Source: an uncultured Bacteroidota bacterium (GTDB lineage: Bacteria; Bacteroidota; Bacteroidia; Flavobacteriales; Flavobacteriaceae). From it: a DNA stretch of 64,000 nt. Shown piece after piece: positions 27,866-36,106 of this stretch. Where the stretch lies: NCBI GenBank assembly GCA_902561795.1, contig CACERG010000003.1, positions 13,693 through 77,692 on the forward strand, written 5' to 3'. Each line of letters starts with the position of its first letter. Position 1 is the stretch's first letter. A program made the translations under genes and the position numbers. The notes beneath the pieces were generated by a model that made no database searches, was not told where the DNA came from, and was given only the letters and a program-made list of their open reading frames with translations.

Positions 27866-28054
27866 GTGAATCAAATAAATAAAAATCTGTCATTTTTTGC
27901 AATCATTTTAATGGTTGTAAGTGCTTTTTCAACGGCAGAGGAACAAATCGATAATTCCAATTCTATTCAGGAAACAGAATCAAATCCAAATGGATTTTTC
28001 TGGAGAAACGATAATGGAGTACTAGTTCAAACGGAATATGAGTTTTGTTTATAG
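27866..28054 (+). CDS. possible small secreted peptide
   Basis: 62 codons from a GTG 5 nt after the previous stop, with a hydrophobic N-terminus (LSFFAIILMVVSAFSTAEE). It has no module and no terminator of its own. Confidence 0.3.
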   Translation: MNQINKNLSFFAIILMVVSAFSTAEEQIDNSNSIQETESNPNGFFWRNDNGVLVQTEYEFCL

Positions 28055-28075
28055 AAAATAACTATGAAAAAATAA

Positions 28076-28125
28076 TTTATTGAGTAATTCGTATATTGCT
28101 GTTTATTAACCATAAATCAATTTAA
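28076..28125 (+). promoter_or_regulatory. island promoter/5'-leader module copy
   Basis: TTTATTGAGTAATTCGTATATTGCTGTTTATTAACCATAAATCAATTTAA, followed by the ATG. Confidence 0.55.
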
Positions 28126-28896
28126 ATGAAAACATTTAATAAACTTATATTAACTTTTCTTTTAATGTTTGCTGTAAATATTTCAGCACAAGGAGTATTT
28201 TATTTACATGGAGTTCGTGTTCCTTACAAATTTCAAGAAAATTTTGAAAGCAATCAAAAGCAATATTTTTCTAAACTAGCTCAAGATTATGTCAATTCTG
28301 GTAAAATGCAAGGCTGGGCTTTATTAAAAAGGGTATCACGTGTAGGTGATTCAGAAGATTATAAATTTAATTATTTTTGGGTTCACGGTTTTGAGAGTAT
28401 TGATCAAATGATTTCAGCACAAGCGGATCCATTTTGGAATAAATTTGAAAGCAAATTTAAAAAGAAGCCAAGTGAATTATTAAAAGAATCTCGATCTATA
28501 AAAAGTGGCACTTATTATTTTAAAACGTATGATCAGTTTAGTACAGGTCAAGGTAAATATGTGATATTAAATGATGGAAAGGTGAAGGATATACAAATGG
28601 CTTTAGATATGGGAAAACAAACTGGTAAAATTTTTAAAAAGAATTCGAAAAAATCTGGAATGAAAGGATGGGGAGTTGCTACAGTCATTGCACCTCAGGA
28701 TAAACATAATACAAGTAATGTATTTTATTGGGACATATATGACACATTAGCAAATGCAATGAAACATATGGCAGGGGAAGCCGCTATATTAGACATACCT
28801 GATGAAATGGCAGGTAAATTTTATGAAAATCTTCCAGATGGTTTCTCACACAGGAATATAACAGAAATTATTATTGGCACTACTCCTAAAGAGTAA
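28126..28896 (+). CDS. secreted two-lobed protein of unknown function (island family B)
   Basis: 256 aa with signal peptide …NISAQ. Similar to 26463-27236. Confidence 0.65.
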   Translation: MKTFNKLILTFLLMFAVNISAQGVFYLHGVRVPYKFQENFESNQKQYFSKLAQDYVNSGKMQGWALLKRVSRVGDSEDYKFNYFWVHGFESIDQMISAQADPFWNKFESKFKKKPSELLKESRSIKSGTYYFKTYDQFSTGQGKYVILNDGKVKDIQMALDMGKQTGKIFKKNSKKSGMKGWGVATVIAPQDKHNTSNVFYWDIYDTLANAMKHMAGEAAILDIPDEMAGKFYENLPDGFSHRNITEIIIGTTPKE

Positions 28897-28913
28897 TCAT
28901 ACATCAAATTTTA

Positions 28914-28948
28914 TAAAAAAAAACCCTCTAAAATGGAGGGTTTTTTTT
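28914..28948. terminator. bidirectional rho-independent terminator
   Basis: A-run, then CCCTCT-AAAAT-GGAGGG, then T-run, between two convergent genes. Confidence 0.8.
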
Positions 28949-28950
28949 AA

Positions 28951-29883
28951 TTATATATCAAATTTTGAAAGCGAGGCCCTTACCCTTTTAAGTTTGGCTC
29001 CCACCTCCATTTTGTTAAGTTCTTTATTGAAAGGTTCGACACTAACAGCCCCTTTGTAACCTTTATTTCTAATAAAATTCAAGAAGTTTTTTAAGTCAAT
29101 TATCCCAGTATCTCCTGGCAACTCCCTTTCTAGGTCCATCTGAGTAGCAACAGTTCTACCTAATACTCCATCGTTTAATTGTACTGATATAATATCTTCA
29201 GCTTTTAAAAAATTAAGGTCCTCATTTTTATCTTCAGCACAATAAGTGTGATAGCTATCAAGCAAATAACCGACATTATTTTTACCAATAGCTCCAATAA
29301 GCTCTCTTAATCCCAATGCACTGTGTAAAAAGGGGTATTTGTCTCTTGCCATTAGTGTTTTTGGCCCCACATATTCTAATCCTAATTTTAGTCCAGCATC
29401 CTCTAGAACAGTCGCAACTTGAGTTAATCGAGTTCTGTGCTGTTCAAAATTTTTCATGTACGGCAAAGTTTTGTGGGTAGGCATGATCCATGTCACAAAA
29501 CTGTTAATATTTAAAGAAACAATTGAATCTATGTTTTTTAATAAAAAATCATATCCCTCTTTAAACTTTGAATCTGTTGTTCTAAATTGGATCGGTAAAC
29601 CCCCTGAGTCAAAAATGATTTTATTTTTTTCCATTTTTTCTAAATAACCCTTTTTATCAGTTTCCTTAAACTGAATCAGCTCTGTTATTGGGGGACTTAT
29701 GGCTGAAAACTTATACTTAATTGCATAATCTAATAATTCATTAGCTGTACATTTAAGACCAATAGCTCCTGGACTTAGTGACGCTTTTAGGGTTTTTCGA
29801 GTACCAATTAATTCAGAACTAATTAAAAATGGACTTGTTAAAGCAACTGAAAAAGATTGAATAAAGTGTCTTCTGTTTGACAT
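28951..29883 (-). CDS. TAT-exported sugar phosphate isomerase/epimerase (xylose isomerase-like TIM barrel)
   Basis: 310 aa. Twin-arginine signal MSNRRHFIQS. The pattern of the AP-endonuclease-2/xylose-isomerase-like barrel family is present (…LGLEYVGP…, …LLDSYH…, …VSVEPFN…). Confidence 0.7.
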   Translation of the reverse strand: MSNRRHFIQSFSVALTSPFLISSELIGTRKTLKASLSPGAIGLKCTANELLDYAIKYKFSAISPPITELIQFKETDKKGYLEKMEKNKIIFDSGGLPIQFRTTDSKFKEGYDFLLKNIDSIVSLNINSFVTWIMPTHKTLPYMKNFEQHRTRLTQVATVLEDAGLKLGLEYVGPKTLMARDKYPFLHSALGLRELIGAIGKNNVGYLLDSYHTYCAEDKNEDLNFLKAEDIISVQLNDGVLGRTVATQMDLERELPGDTGIIDLKNFLNFIRNKGYKGAVSVEPFNKELNKMEVGAKLKRVRASLSKFDI

Positions 29884-29920
29884 CTAATTAATGTATTATA
29901 TAAAATCTACTTTTTTATAA

Positions 29921-30925
29921 TTAACCTGCTTTTACAAATGTGTAGGTTTCATTTCTAGTTCCATCTTCATCTTCAACATTTATAAAGGTAAATGAGATTT
30001 GAGTATCTGTGATACTATCAACTGTGGCTGAATTTACAATAGCGTTTCCTGGACCCCCAGTGACAGTAAACTCTGTTTGTTCTGCATTTCCCCAGTCCCA
30101 ATTTCCAATTGCTACAAAAACAATGTTTTCATCAGCTGCCAATTCCATATAAATGTATGTGCCAAAAGTAGAAATAACTAGTTTAGCTGATGTAGCTGGA
30201 CTACAATCTGGATCTAAAACACCATCTTCATAGCATTCATCGTCATCAAAATAACTACTAAAGCTTCCACCTTCTGAGTCAGAATAATTGGATAAATTCC
30301 ATGTACCCACAATCTTATAATGGTTAGTACTTGTATCTGCAGTTAAAGTTTCCTCCATGGCTGGTTCTTTATCAGCAGAAAAATCACCTTCCATTTCCTC
30401 ATTATTACACGGGATACCTATACTTTCTATATCTATTATAAAACCGTAACTAAAGCTTATATCTAGTTGACCATCCGTTTCAACAACCTCTATATCGGTA
30501 ATTTCAGCAATATCTATTTCAGTACCATCATAAAACGTTTTTAAAATAACTTTTGTTACTTTTTCGTCAACTTCAATTAATTCGTAGTTGCCATAAATAA
30601 CAACAATTCCCCCTGTTTCAATACTTCCGGGAGCACTTATATTTAACAGATAATCATTTTCTGTAAACTCTATAAAATTGTATGAACAACCATCAATTTT
30701 TTTTCCTGTCCTTGAGCTACTAATAGATGAATTTAAATTCCATTTTCCAAAAATTGTTTTTTTAGCTTGTTCAGCATTTTGTTCAGAAACTTTTCCTGTA
30801 GCGTTTACCTCAGTAATTGCAGAGACTACCTCAGCTGTTTGTGATTGATCGGACATTTGGTCATCGGACTCTTTATTACAGCATAAAAAGAGGAATATTA
30901 TTGAGACAAAAAAAATTTTTTTCAT
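29921..30925 (-). CDS. lipoprotein with two lipocalin-like modules
   Basis: 334 aa. Lipobox FLFLCC. The motifs FGKWNLNS and IVGTWNLSNYS are repeated, as in Bacteroidetes lipocalin-like domains. The protein is acidic. Confidence 0.55.
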   Translation of the reverse strand: MKKIFFVSIIFLFLCCNKESDDQMSDQSQTAEVVSAITEVNATGKVSEQNAEQAKKTIFGKWNLNSSISSSRTGKKIDGCSYNFIEFTENDYLLNISAPGSIETGGIVVIYGNYELIEVDEKVTKVILKTFYDGTEIDIAEITDIEVVETDGQLDISFSYGFIIDIESIGIPCNNEEMEGDFSADKEPAMEETLTADTSTNHYKIVGTWNLSNYSDSEGGSFSSYFDDDECYEDGVLDPDCSPATSAKLVISTFGTYIYMELAADENIVFVAIGNWDWGNAEQTEFTVTGGPGNAIVNSATVDSITDTQISFTFINVEDEDGTRNETYTFVKAG

Positions 30926-31013
30926 TTGATAGTTAATTGAATGTTATACAACAAGATACCAAAAATTATACAGGATATCTAAATTTCAAAATATCGTTAG
31001 TAATTAAATTCAA

Positions 31014-33191
31014 CTAATTTAGGGAATAGGCCACATAAGAATCCCCTGACTTTGTTCCCATTTTTCCGCCACCACAAGCAATAACAATATATTGTTTTCC
31101 GTCTAATTCGTAAGTCATTGGAGTTGCATATCCACCAGCAGGCAATTTACTTTTCCACAACTCTTCTCCTGTGGTTTTATCAAAAGCCCTAAAATATTCG
31201 TCATTTGTTGCACCTATGAAAATTAGTCCACCAGCAGTAAGGATTGGACCACCATAATTTTCTGTTCCTGTTTTTGGAAAACCAAGCTTTGTTAATTCAT
31301 CGTATTCACCAAGTGGAACTTGCCAGACAATCTCACCAATATTTAAATCAATAGCATTTAGTGTTCCCCAAGGAGGCTTAATTGCAGGATATCCATTCTC
31401 ATCCATAAAACGCCCAAAATAATTAACTGAATAAGGAGAAAAATTAGGATCAATTTCTTGCAATGAAGCCACTTCAACATTTGTACTATTGTCTTCTAGA
31501 AGGTACGCTGTTAGAAGATCAATTTGAGTTTTTGAAATTTGGGGCATGGGCATCATGCCTCCTTTTCCTTTTGAAATTATAGATGCTAAATTCAGGGCAT
31601 TATATCGACTCTTTAGATTTTTTAAACTAGGAATATTAGACATTCCATTTAAATCAGCACCATGACATCTTGAGCACTGCTGATTATAAATAACCTTCCC
31701 ATAATCCTTTATTTTATCCCCATTTTCTGAAGATGATAAATCTACTTTTTTTGCAATTGAAACCCATGGCATTTCATTAGAGTTTACATAAAGCCAATTA
31801 GTTATGGGGTCATATGCTGCACCGCCCCATTCTGCACCACCATCTAAACCGGGAAATGTTACTGATCTAATTTTTTCGCTATGTGGAATAAATTGGCCTT
31901 CTGAATTTAATGTTTCCCACACCTGTTTAATTGTTTTATCAAGTATTTTGTCTTTTTGAGTTGGAGTCCAAGCAAGCATAGCTTTTGCATCTGGGAACAT
32001 ATCATTAATTAGATCTTTCGAAAATTCTTGTCTTGCAAAAGGGGGTATATGAGTTGGTAATGGTTGGGTTGGCCAAGACTTTTCTCCATCAAGTTTAGCA
32101 GATTTAACAGGAATTTCTTCTATTGGATATATCGGTTCACCTGTTAATCGATCAAAAACAAACAAGTGTCCTGATTTTGTCACTTGTGTTACAGCTTTTA
32201 TTTCATTTCCATTTCGATTTATTTCAACCAAATTCGGTGGTGCTGGCAGATCCCTGTCCCACAGATCGTGATGAATGAATTGAAAATGCCAAACTCGTTC
32301 TCCATTTTTTGCATTTAGTGCGATCAAAGAATTTGCAAATAAATTTTCTCCTGATCTATTACCTCCCCAGAAATCGTATGATGCTGAACCCGTTGGAATG
32401 TAAGCTATACCAGTAGACTCATCAAGAGTCATTCCAGCCCACGAATTTGCACCTCCCATATGTTTCCAAGCATCTTTTGGCCATGTTTCATAACCGTATT
32501 CTCCGGGGTGCGGAATTGTATTAAATCTCCATACCATTTCACCTGTATTTAGGTCATAAGCACGAATATGTCCTGGAGATGCTCCTGGACCTTCATGGAC
32601 TCTGGAACCTTGAATTAAAATATTGTCATAAACGACTCCTGGCGTGTTGGCTATTACAATCATTTCATTGTAAGGGCGGCCTAAGTTTTTTCTAAGATCT
32701 ACTTTACCATTTTCTCCAAAAGTTTTTTCAGATTTTCCTGTCAAAGCGTCTACTGCATATATATAGCTTCCTGAAGTGTAAACTATCCTCCCGTCTTGCC
32801 CATCATCCCAATAAATTAATCCTCTATTAACACCCCACCAGCCTGGACCAGCATCCTTCCCGTGATCAAATTCCCATATTTTTTTTCCAGTTTTTGCACT
32901 GATTGCAAAAAGCTTAGTTAAAGGATTTGTACCATACAGTATAGTATCAATAACGATGGGACTGCATTGTATTTGAGTTGTATTTTTAGAATTTTGAATC
33001 CCTCCAGATTTATATTCCCAAATTTTCTTTAAGCTTTTTACATTGTTAGTATTAACCTGATTTAAACTTGAATAATGACTTCTTGATTTGTCACCTAAAT
33101 ATTCATTCCAGCTTTTGAAATTATTTTTAGCCTCATTGGAGTTGCAGTTTATTAAAACTAGCATAATAGATAAAAAAGTTAATTTTCTCAT
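31014..33191 (-). CDS. PQQ-dependent dehydrogenase (glucose/quinate/shikimate family) with an inserted c-type cytochrome domain
   Basis: 725 aa with a signal peptide. Propeller motifs QCSPIVIDTILYG, GANSWAGMTLDESTG and HHDLWDRDLPAPPNL. Heme motif CSRCHG (codons near 31660-31677) plus GGMMPMP, followed by further propeller blades. Confidence 0.8.
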   Translation of the reverse strand: MRKLTFLSIMLVLINCNSNEAKNNFKSWNEYLGDKSRSHYSSLNQVNTNNVKSLKKIWEYKSGGIQNSKNTTQIQCSPIVIDTILYGTNPLTKLFAISAKTGKKIWEFDHGKDAGPGWWGVNRGLIYWDDGQDGRIVYTSGSYIYAVDALTGKSEKTFGENGKVDLRKNLGRPYNEMIVIANTPGVVYDNILIQGSRVHEGPGASPGHIRAYDLNTGEMVWRFNTIPHPGEYGYETWPKDAWKHMGGANSWAGMTLDESTGIAYIPTGSASYDFWGGNRSGENLFANSLIALNAKNGERVWHFQFIHHDLWDRDLPAPPNLVEINRNGNEIKAVTQVTKSGHLFVFDRLTGEPIYPIEEIPVKSAKLDGEKSWPTQPLPTHIPPFARQEFSKDLINDMFPDAKAMLAWTPTQKDKILDKTIKQVWETLNSEGQFIPHSEKIRSVTFPGLDGGAEWGGAAYDPITNWLYVNSNEMPWVSIAKKVDLSSSENGDKIKDYGKVIYNQQCSRCHGADLNGMSNIPSLKNLKSRYNALNLASIISKGKGGMMPMPQISKTQIDLLTAYLLEDNSTNVEVASLQEIDPNFSPYSVNYFGRFMDENGYPAIKPPWGTLNAIDLNIGEIVWQVPLGEYDELTKLGFPKTGTENYGGPILTAGGLIFIGATNDEYFRAFDKTTGEELWKSKLPAGGYATPMTYELDGKQYIVIACGGGKMGTKSGDSYVAYSLN

Positions 33192-33244
33192 AACTTTAAA
33201 TTAATTAATTGAAAAGTAAAATCATAATATCAAAGCTGATTTAT

Positions 33245-34144
33245 CTAAAATGATCTTTCACCATTTATATCATATCTAGATAAAAAATCCCAAACCAATT
33301 CTGATGTGTTTTGCCCTTGGAAAGTTGACATAAACCATATATGATATCCACCAATATATTTGTAGTGTTCAACTGAAACTGAATTATTCCCATTATCATA
33401 AACATAATGTTCGATTTCAATTTCTCCACTATTATCAAAATTTACTATAGGCTCTTTATTTGTGTTATTAAAATTTATCCAGTAGTCTAATGTGTTTTGA
33501 ACTGAATTGTAATAATTATTTCCATTGTAAGGTAAATCGAAATCATTTGTTCCGTGCAGATGTATTACTGGCATTGGGTGCGAAGTAGGTCCAGTGCAGT
33601 CTAACATTGCACCTGATACTGAAGCTACTGCAGCAATTAGTTCACTTTTATGATTGGCAAGACCATAGGCCATCATTCCTCCATTAGAATAACCTACAGC
33701 ATAAATTCTTTCTAAATCAATATTGTAATTAGAGGATATTTCTTCGATAAGAGTTTCAATAAATCCAAAATCATCAACGTCACTTTTGTTATCTCCTCCA
33801 TTAGGACATGCGTTCCAATGTGGCTCACCATCTAGATCAAGACCTTGAGGATAGATTAAAATAAAATTCTCAGATTCTGACAAAATACGCATGTCTGTCT
33901 CATTCATATATTGATATGCATCACCGCTAAATCCATGAAAATTTAAAACAACAGGGACGGAAAAAGAACCATCATATGAATCAGGGACATGTATAACATA
34001 TTCTCTGTTTACACCCTCATGAATTATTGTTAGAAAGTTCGAAGTAGAATCGTCTGATTTTGAATAATTTTTAGTTTCACTATTAACACAACTACCAATT
34101 AAAAAAACTGAAATCATTAAAAAAAACATTTCTTTTTTTATCAT
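33245..34144 (-). CDS. secreted esterase, PHB depolymerase/LpqC-like (alpha/beta hydrolase)
   Basis: 299 aa. Lipobox LIGSC. Motifs VVLNFHGFSG, GYSNGGMM (GxSxG) and HLHGTNDF. Confidence 0.7.
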   Translation of the reverse strand: MIKKEMFFLMISVFLIGSCVNSETKNYSKSDDSTSNFLTIIHEGVNREYVIHVPDSYDGSFSVPVVLNFHGFSGDAYQYMNETDMRILSESENFILIYPQGLDLDGEPHWNACPNGGDNKSDVDDFGFIETLIEEISSNYNIDLERIYAVGYSNGGMMAYGLANHKSELIAAVASVSGAMLDCTGPTSHPMPVIHLHGTNDFDLPYNGNNYYNSVQNTLDYWINFNNTNKEPIVNFDNSGEIEIEHYVYDNGNNSVSVEHYKYIGGYHIWFMSTFQGQNTSELVWDFLSRYDINGERSF

Positions 34145-34290
34145 TTAAAAAAGTTTTTAGAACCTGTAGGTAATCAATTTATCAAGGTGTATTTTACTGG
34201 AAATTTAAAAATAATTATATTTGAAACTATCAAAGCAGCCAACTAAAAATATTTATCGATGTAGCCGCTACGCTACCATTCTAACTAAAG

Positions 34291-34319
34291 CCCCTTCCAA
34301 AAAAGGGGTTTATTCTTTT
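34291..34319 (+). terminator. orphan + strand hairpin plus T-run immediately upstream of tRNA-Arg
   Basis: CCCCTT-CCAAAA-AAGGGG followed by TTTATTCTTTT. No + strand gene lies upstream. It is part of the segment homologous to 16533-16600. Confidence 0.4.
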
Positions 34320-34391
34320 GCCCTCCTAGTTCAACGGATAGAACAAGAGTTTCCTAAACTTTAGATCCAAGTTCGATTCTTGGGGAGGGTA
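34320..34391 (+). tRNA. tRNA-Arg (anticodon CCU)
   Basis: Hand-folded cloverleaf, 72 nt, no encoded CCA. Acceptor stem GCCCTCC/GGAGGGT, D arm GTTC-AACGGATA-GAAC, anticodon stem AGAGT/ACTTT with loop TTCCTAA, 4-nt variable loop, and T arm CCAAG-TTCGATT-CTTGG. Confidence 0.85.
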
Positions 34392-34401
34392 CAAAACCTT
34401 C

Positions 34402-34409
34402 TAATTTTG
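34402..34409 (+). promoter_or_regulatory. canonical -7 box TAATTTTG
   Basis: Exact match to TAnnTTTG, 42 nt upstream of the ATG at 34451. Confidence 0.4.
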
Positions 34410-34450
34410 TCTTTGGTTTTTCTTTTTATATTTGATTAAAACAAAAGACG

Positions 34451-35185
34451 ATGCGAAAACTTTTAATAGAAGGTGTTGTAATATTTACAAGTATAATAGC
34501 TTCCTTTTGGGTTGATAATTACAGAGAAAAAAATGAAGAAAAAGCCATTCTAACAGATTCTATTATCACTCTTGGAAATGAAATTTCGATGAATATAGAA
34601 TACACCAAAGAACATATCTATCAGGTAAAAAACCTAAAGTACATGACAGATGTTATTCTTGATAATTTCAATGAATTAACACTTGAAAAACTTAAAAGGA
34701 CTCACGACAATAATCCATTTTTTCACAGTATTGATATCAATGGAAAAACAACTTATGATAAGCAATATGACAATGATGGATCAATTGCCTGGATGTTTCG
34801 AGGGTTTTTAGCGTGGGAACCTGCCGATATATTTTTTAAATCAATGTTAAACTCAGGTAAATTGTTAGATATTGAAAATGATAAGTTAAGAGTAGAAATT
34901 GAATCTATTTACACAAAACATGAGGAAAGAGTAAATGGATTAACAAATGGGACAAAAGCCTATTCCGATCAAATTGGTAAATGGTTTGAAACTAAAAGAA
35001 ATAAATACAATAGTGATATAGATCTAGGGATTGTCTTTTTAAAAGAAAGAGATCAAAATCTAAAAAACCTATTGAAAGATAAAAATGCAATTCTTAAGGC
35101 CAGGCTTGTTGATTTGGAATTTTATTTGCAGTCTCTTCAGAATGTTGTCTCAATTATTAGTAGTGAATATAAATCTGTAAACTAA
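34451..35185 (+). CDS. N-terminally anchored hypothetical protein (paralog of 24552-25277)
   Basis: 244 aa. An N-terminal TM helix is followed by the motif VDNYRE and a helical region. Confidence 0.55.
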   Translation: MRKLLIEGVVIFTSIIASFWVDNYREKNEEKAILTDSIITLGNEISMNIEYTKEHIYQVKNLKYMTDVILDNFNELTLEKLKRTHDNNPFFHSIDINGKTTYDKQYDNDGSIAWMFRGFLAWEPADIFFKSMLNSGKLLDIENDKLRVEIESIYTKHEERVNGLTNGTKAYSDQIGKWFETKRNKYNSDIDLGIVFLKERDQNLKNLLKDKNAILKARLVDLEFYLQSLQNVVSIISSEYKSVN

Positions 35186-35196
35186 TTTTTAAAAAA

Positions 35197-36042
35197 ATGA
35201 AAACACGTTATTTAGCTTTTCTTTTAATTCCTTTTTTCTCATTTACTCAAAAAACTATTTCTGTAAATCATAAAAAGGAAAATTTGAAATCATATCCTGA
35301 ATCTAAAATAAATATTGGTGGCTCCGAGGGATATTATTATGATAATGTATCTGAGCCTCAAATGGATTTATATCTGGCAAAGGGAAAGGCTGTAACTGAT
35401 AAAGCCATGATAATTTGTCCAGGCGGAGGACTCTATTTCTTATCCTATGTAAAAGAAGGTATCGAGGTAGCTAAGAAATTAGCTTCAAACGGAATAACAG
35501 CAATTGTATTAAAATATAGAACTTATCCTAGAGAGGGCTCTGTTTATAAATGGCATAAAGCCTTTTGTTGTGATTCTAAAATGGCAATAGATAGTGCTAA
35601 AACAATATTACCCTACTCATCAAAAGACGCTTTAAGTGCAATTGAAATGATAAGAAATAAGGCTAAAAAATATAACATTGACCCAAACAAAATTGGACTT
35701 ATGGGATTCTCAGCAGGTGGGGCTGTGACAATGGAAGCGACATATAAATCAACTCCCAAAAATCAGCCTAACTTTATTGCCCCAATTTATCCATGGATGC
35801 ACATTGTGGAAAAACAAAAAGTACCACAAAATAAACCTGCCGCTTTTATTTCTTGCGCAAATGATGACCCATTAAGGCTAGCTGCACCCAGCGTTCAAAT
35901 CTATAATGATTGGATCTCAGCTAATGCTAAGGCGGAGCTTCACATGTTTAGTCAGGGGGGTCACGGATATGGTATGAATGATTTATCTATACCTGTAGGT
36001 AAATGGTCAGACTTACTTGTTGATTGGATATTGAGTTTGTAA
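35197..36042 (+). CDS. secreted alpha/beta hydrolase (esterase/lipase fold)
   Basis: 281 aa with a signal peptide. Motifs CPGGG and GFSAGG (GxSxG), and a C-terminal GGHGYG. Confidence 0.7.
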   Translation: MKTRYLAFLLIPFFSFTQKTISVNHKKENLKSYPESKINIGGSEGYYYDNVSEPQMDLYLAKGKAVTDKAMIICPGGGLYFLSYVKEGIEVAKKLASNGITAIVLKYRTYPREGSVYKWHKAFCCDSKMAIDSAKTILPYSSKDALSAIEMIRNKAKKYNIDPNKIGLMGFSAGGAVTMEATYKSTPKNQPNFIAPIYPWMHIVEKQKVPQNKPAAFISCANDDPLRLAAPSVQIYNDWISANAKAELHMFSQGGHGYGMNDLSIPVGKWSDLLVDWILSL

Positions 36043-36106
36043 AACAATTATCAATCATTAATAAATTTTTCAATATGAGCTCATTTTTAAACTAAAAACA
36101 ACTTAA

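Noticed and set aside
18180-28950. Integron-like gene cassette array (attC sites) or CALIN.
   Set aside because: The unit structure is cassette-like. However, I see no integron integrase, no GTTRRRY/RYYYAAC core pairs flanking the hairpins, and every unit has its own promoter, whereas integron cassettes are normally promoterless. I kept it only as an analogy in the findings.
28874-29059. ORF 28874-29059 (+), spanning the convergent junction.
   Set aside because: It runs through the bidirectional terminator and the 3' end of the minus-strand isomerase gene. It has no start context or module.
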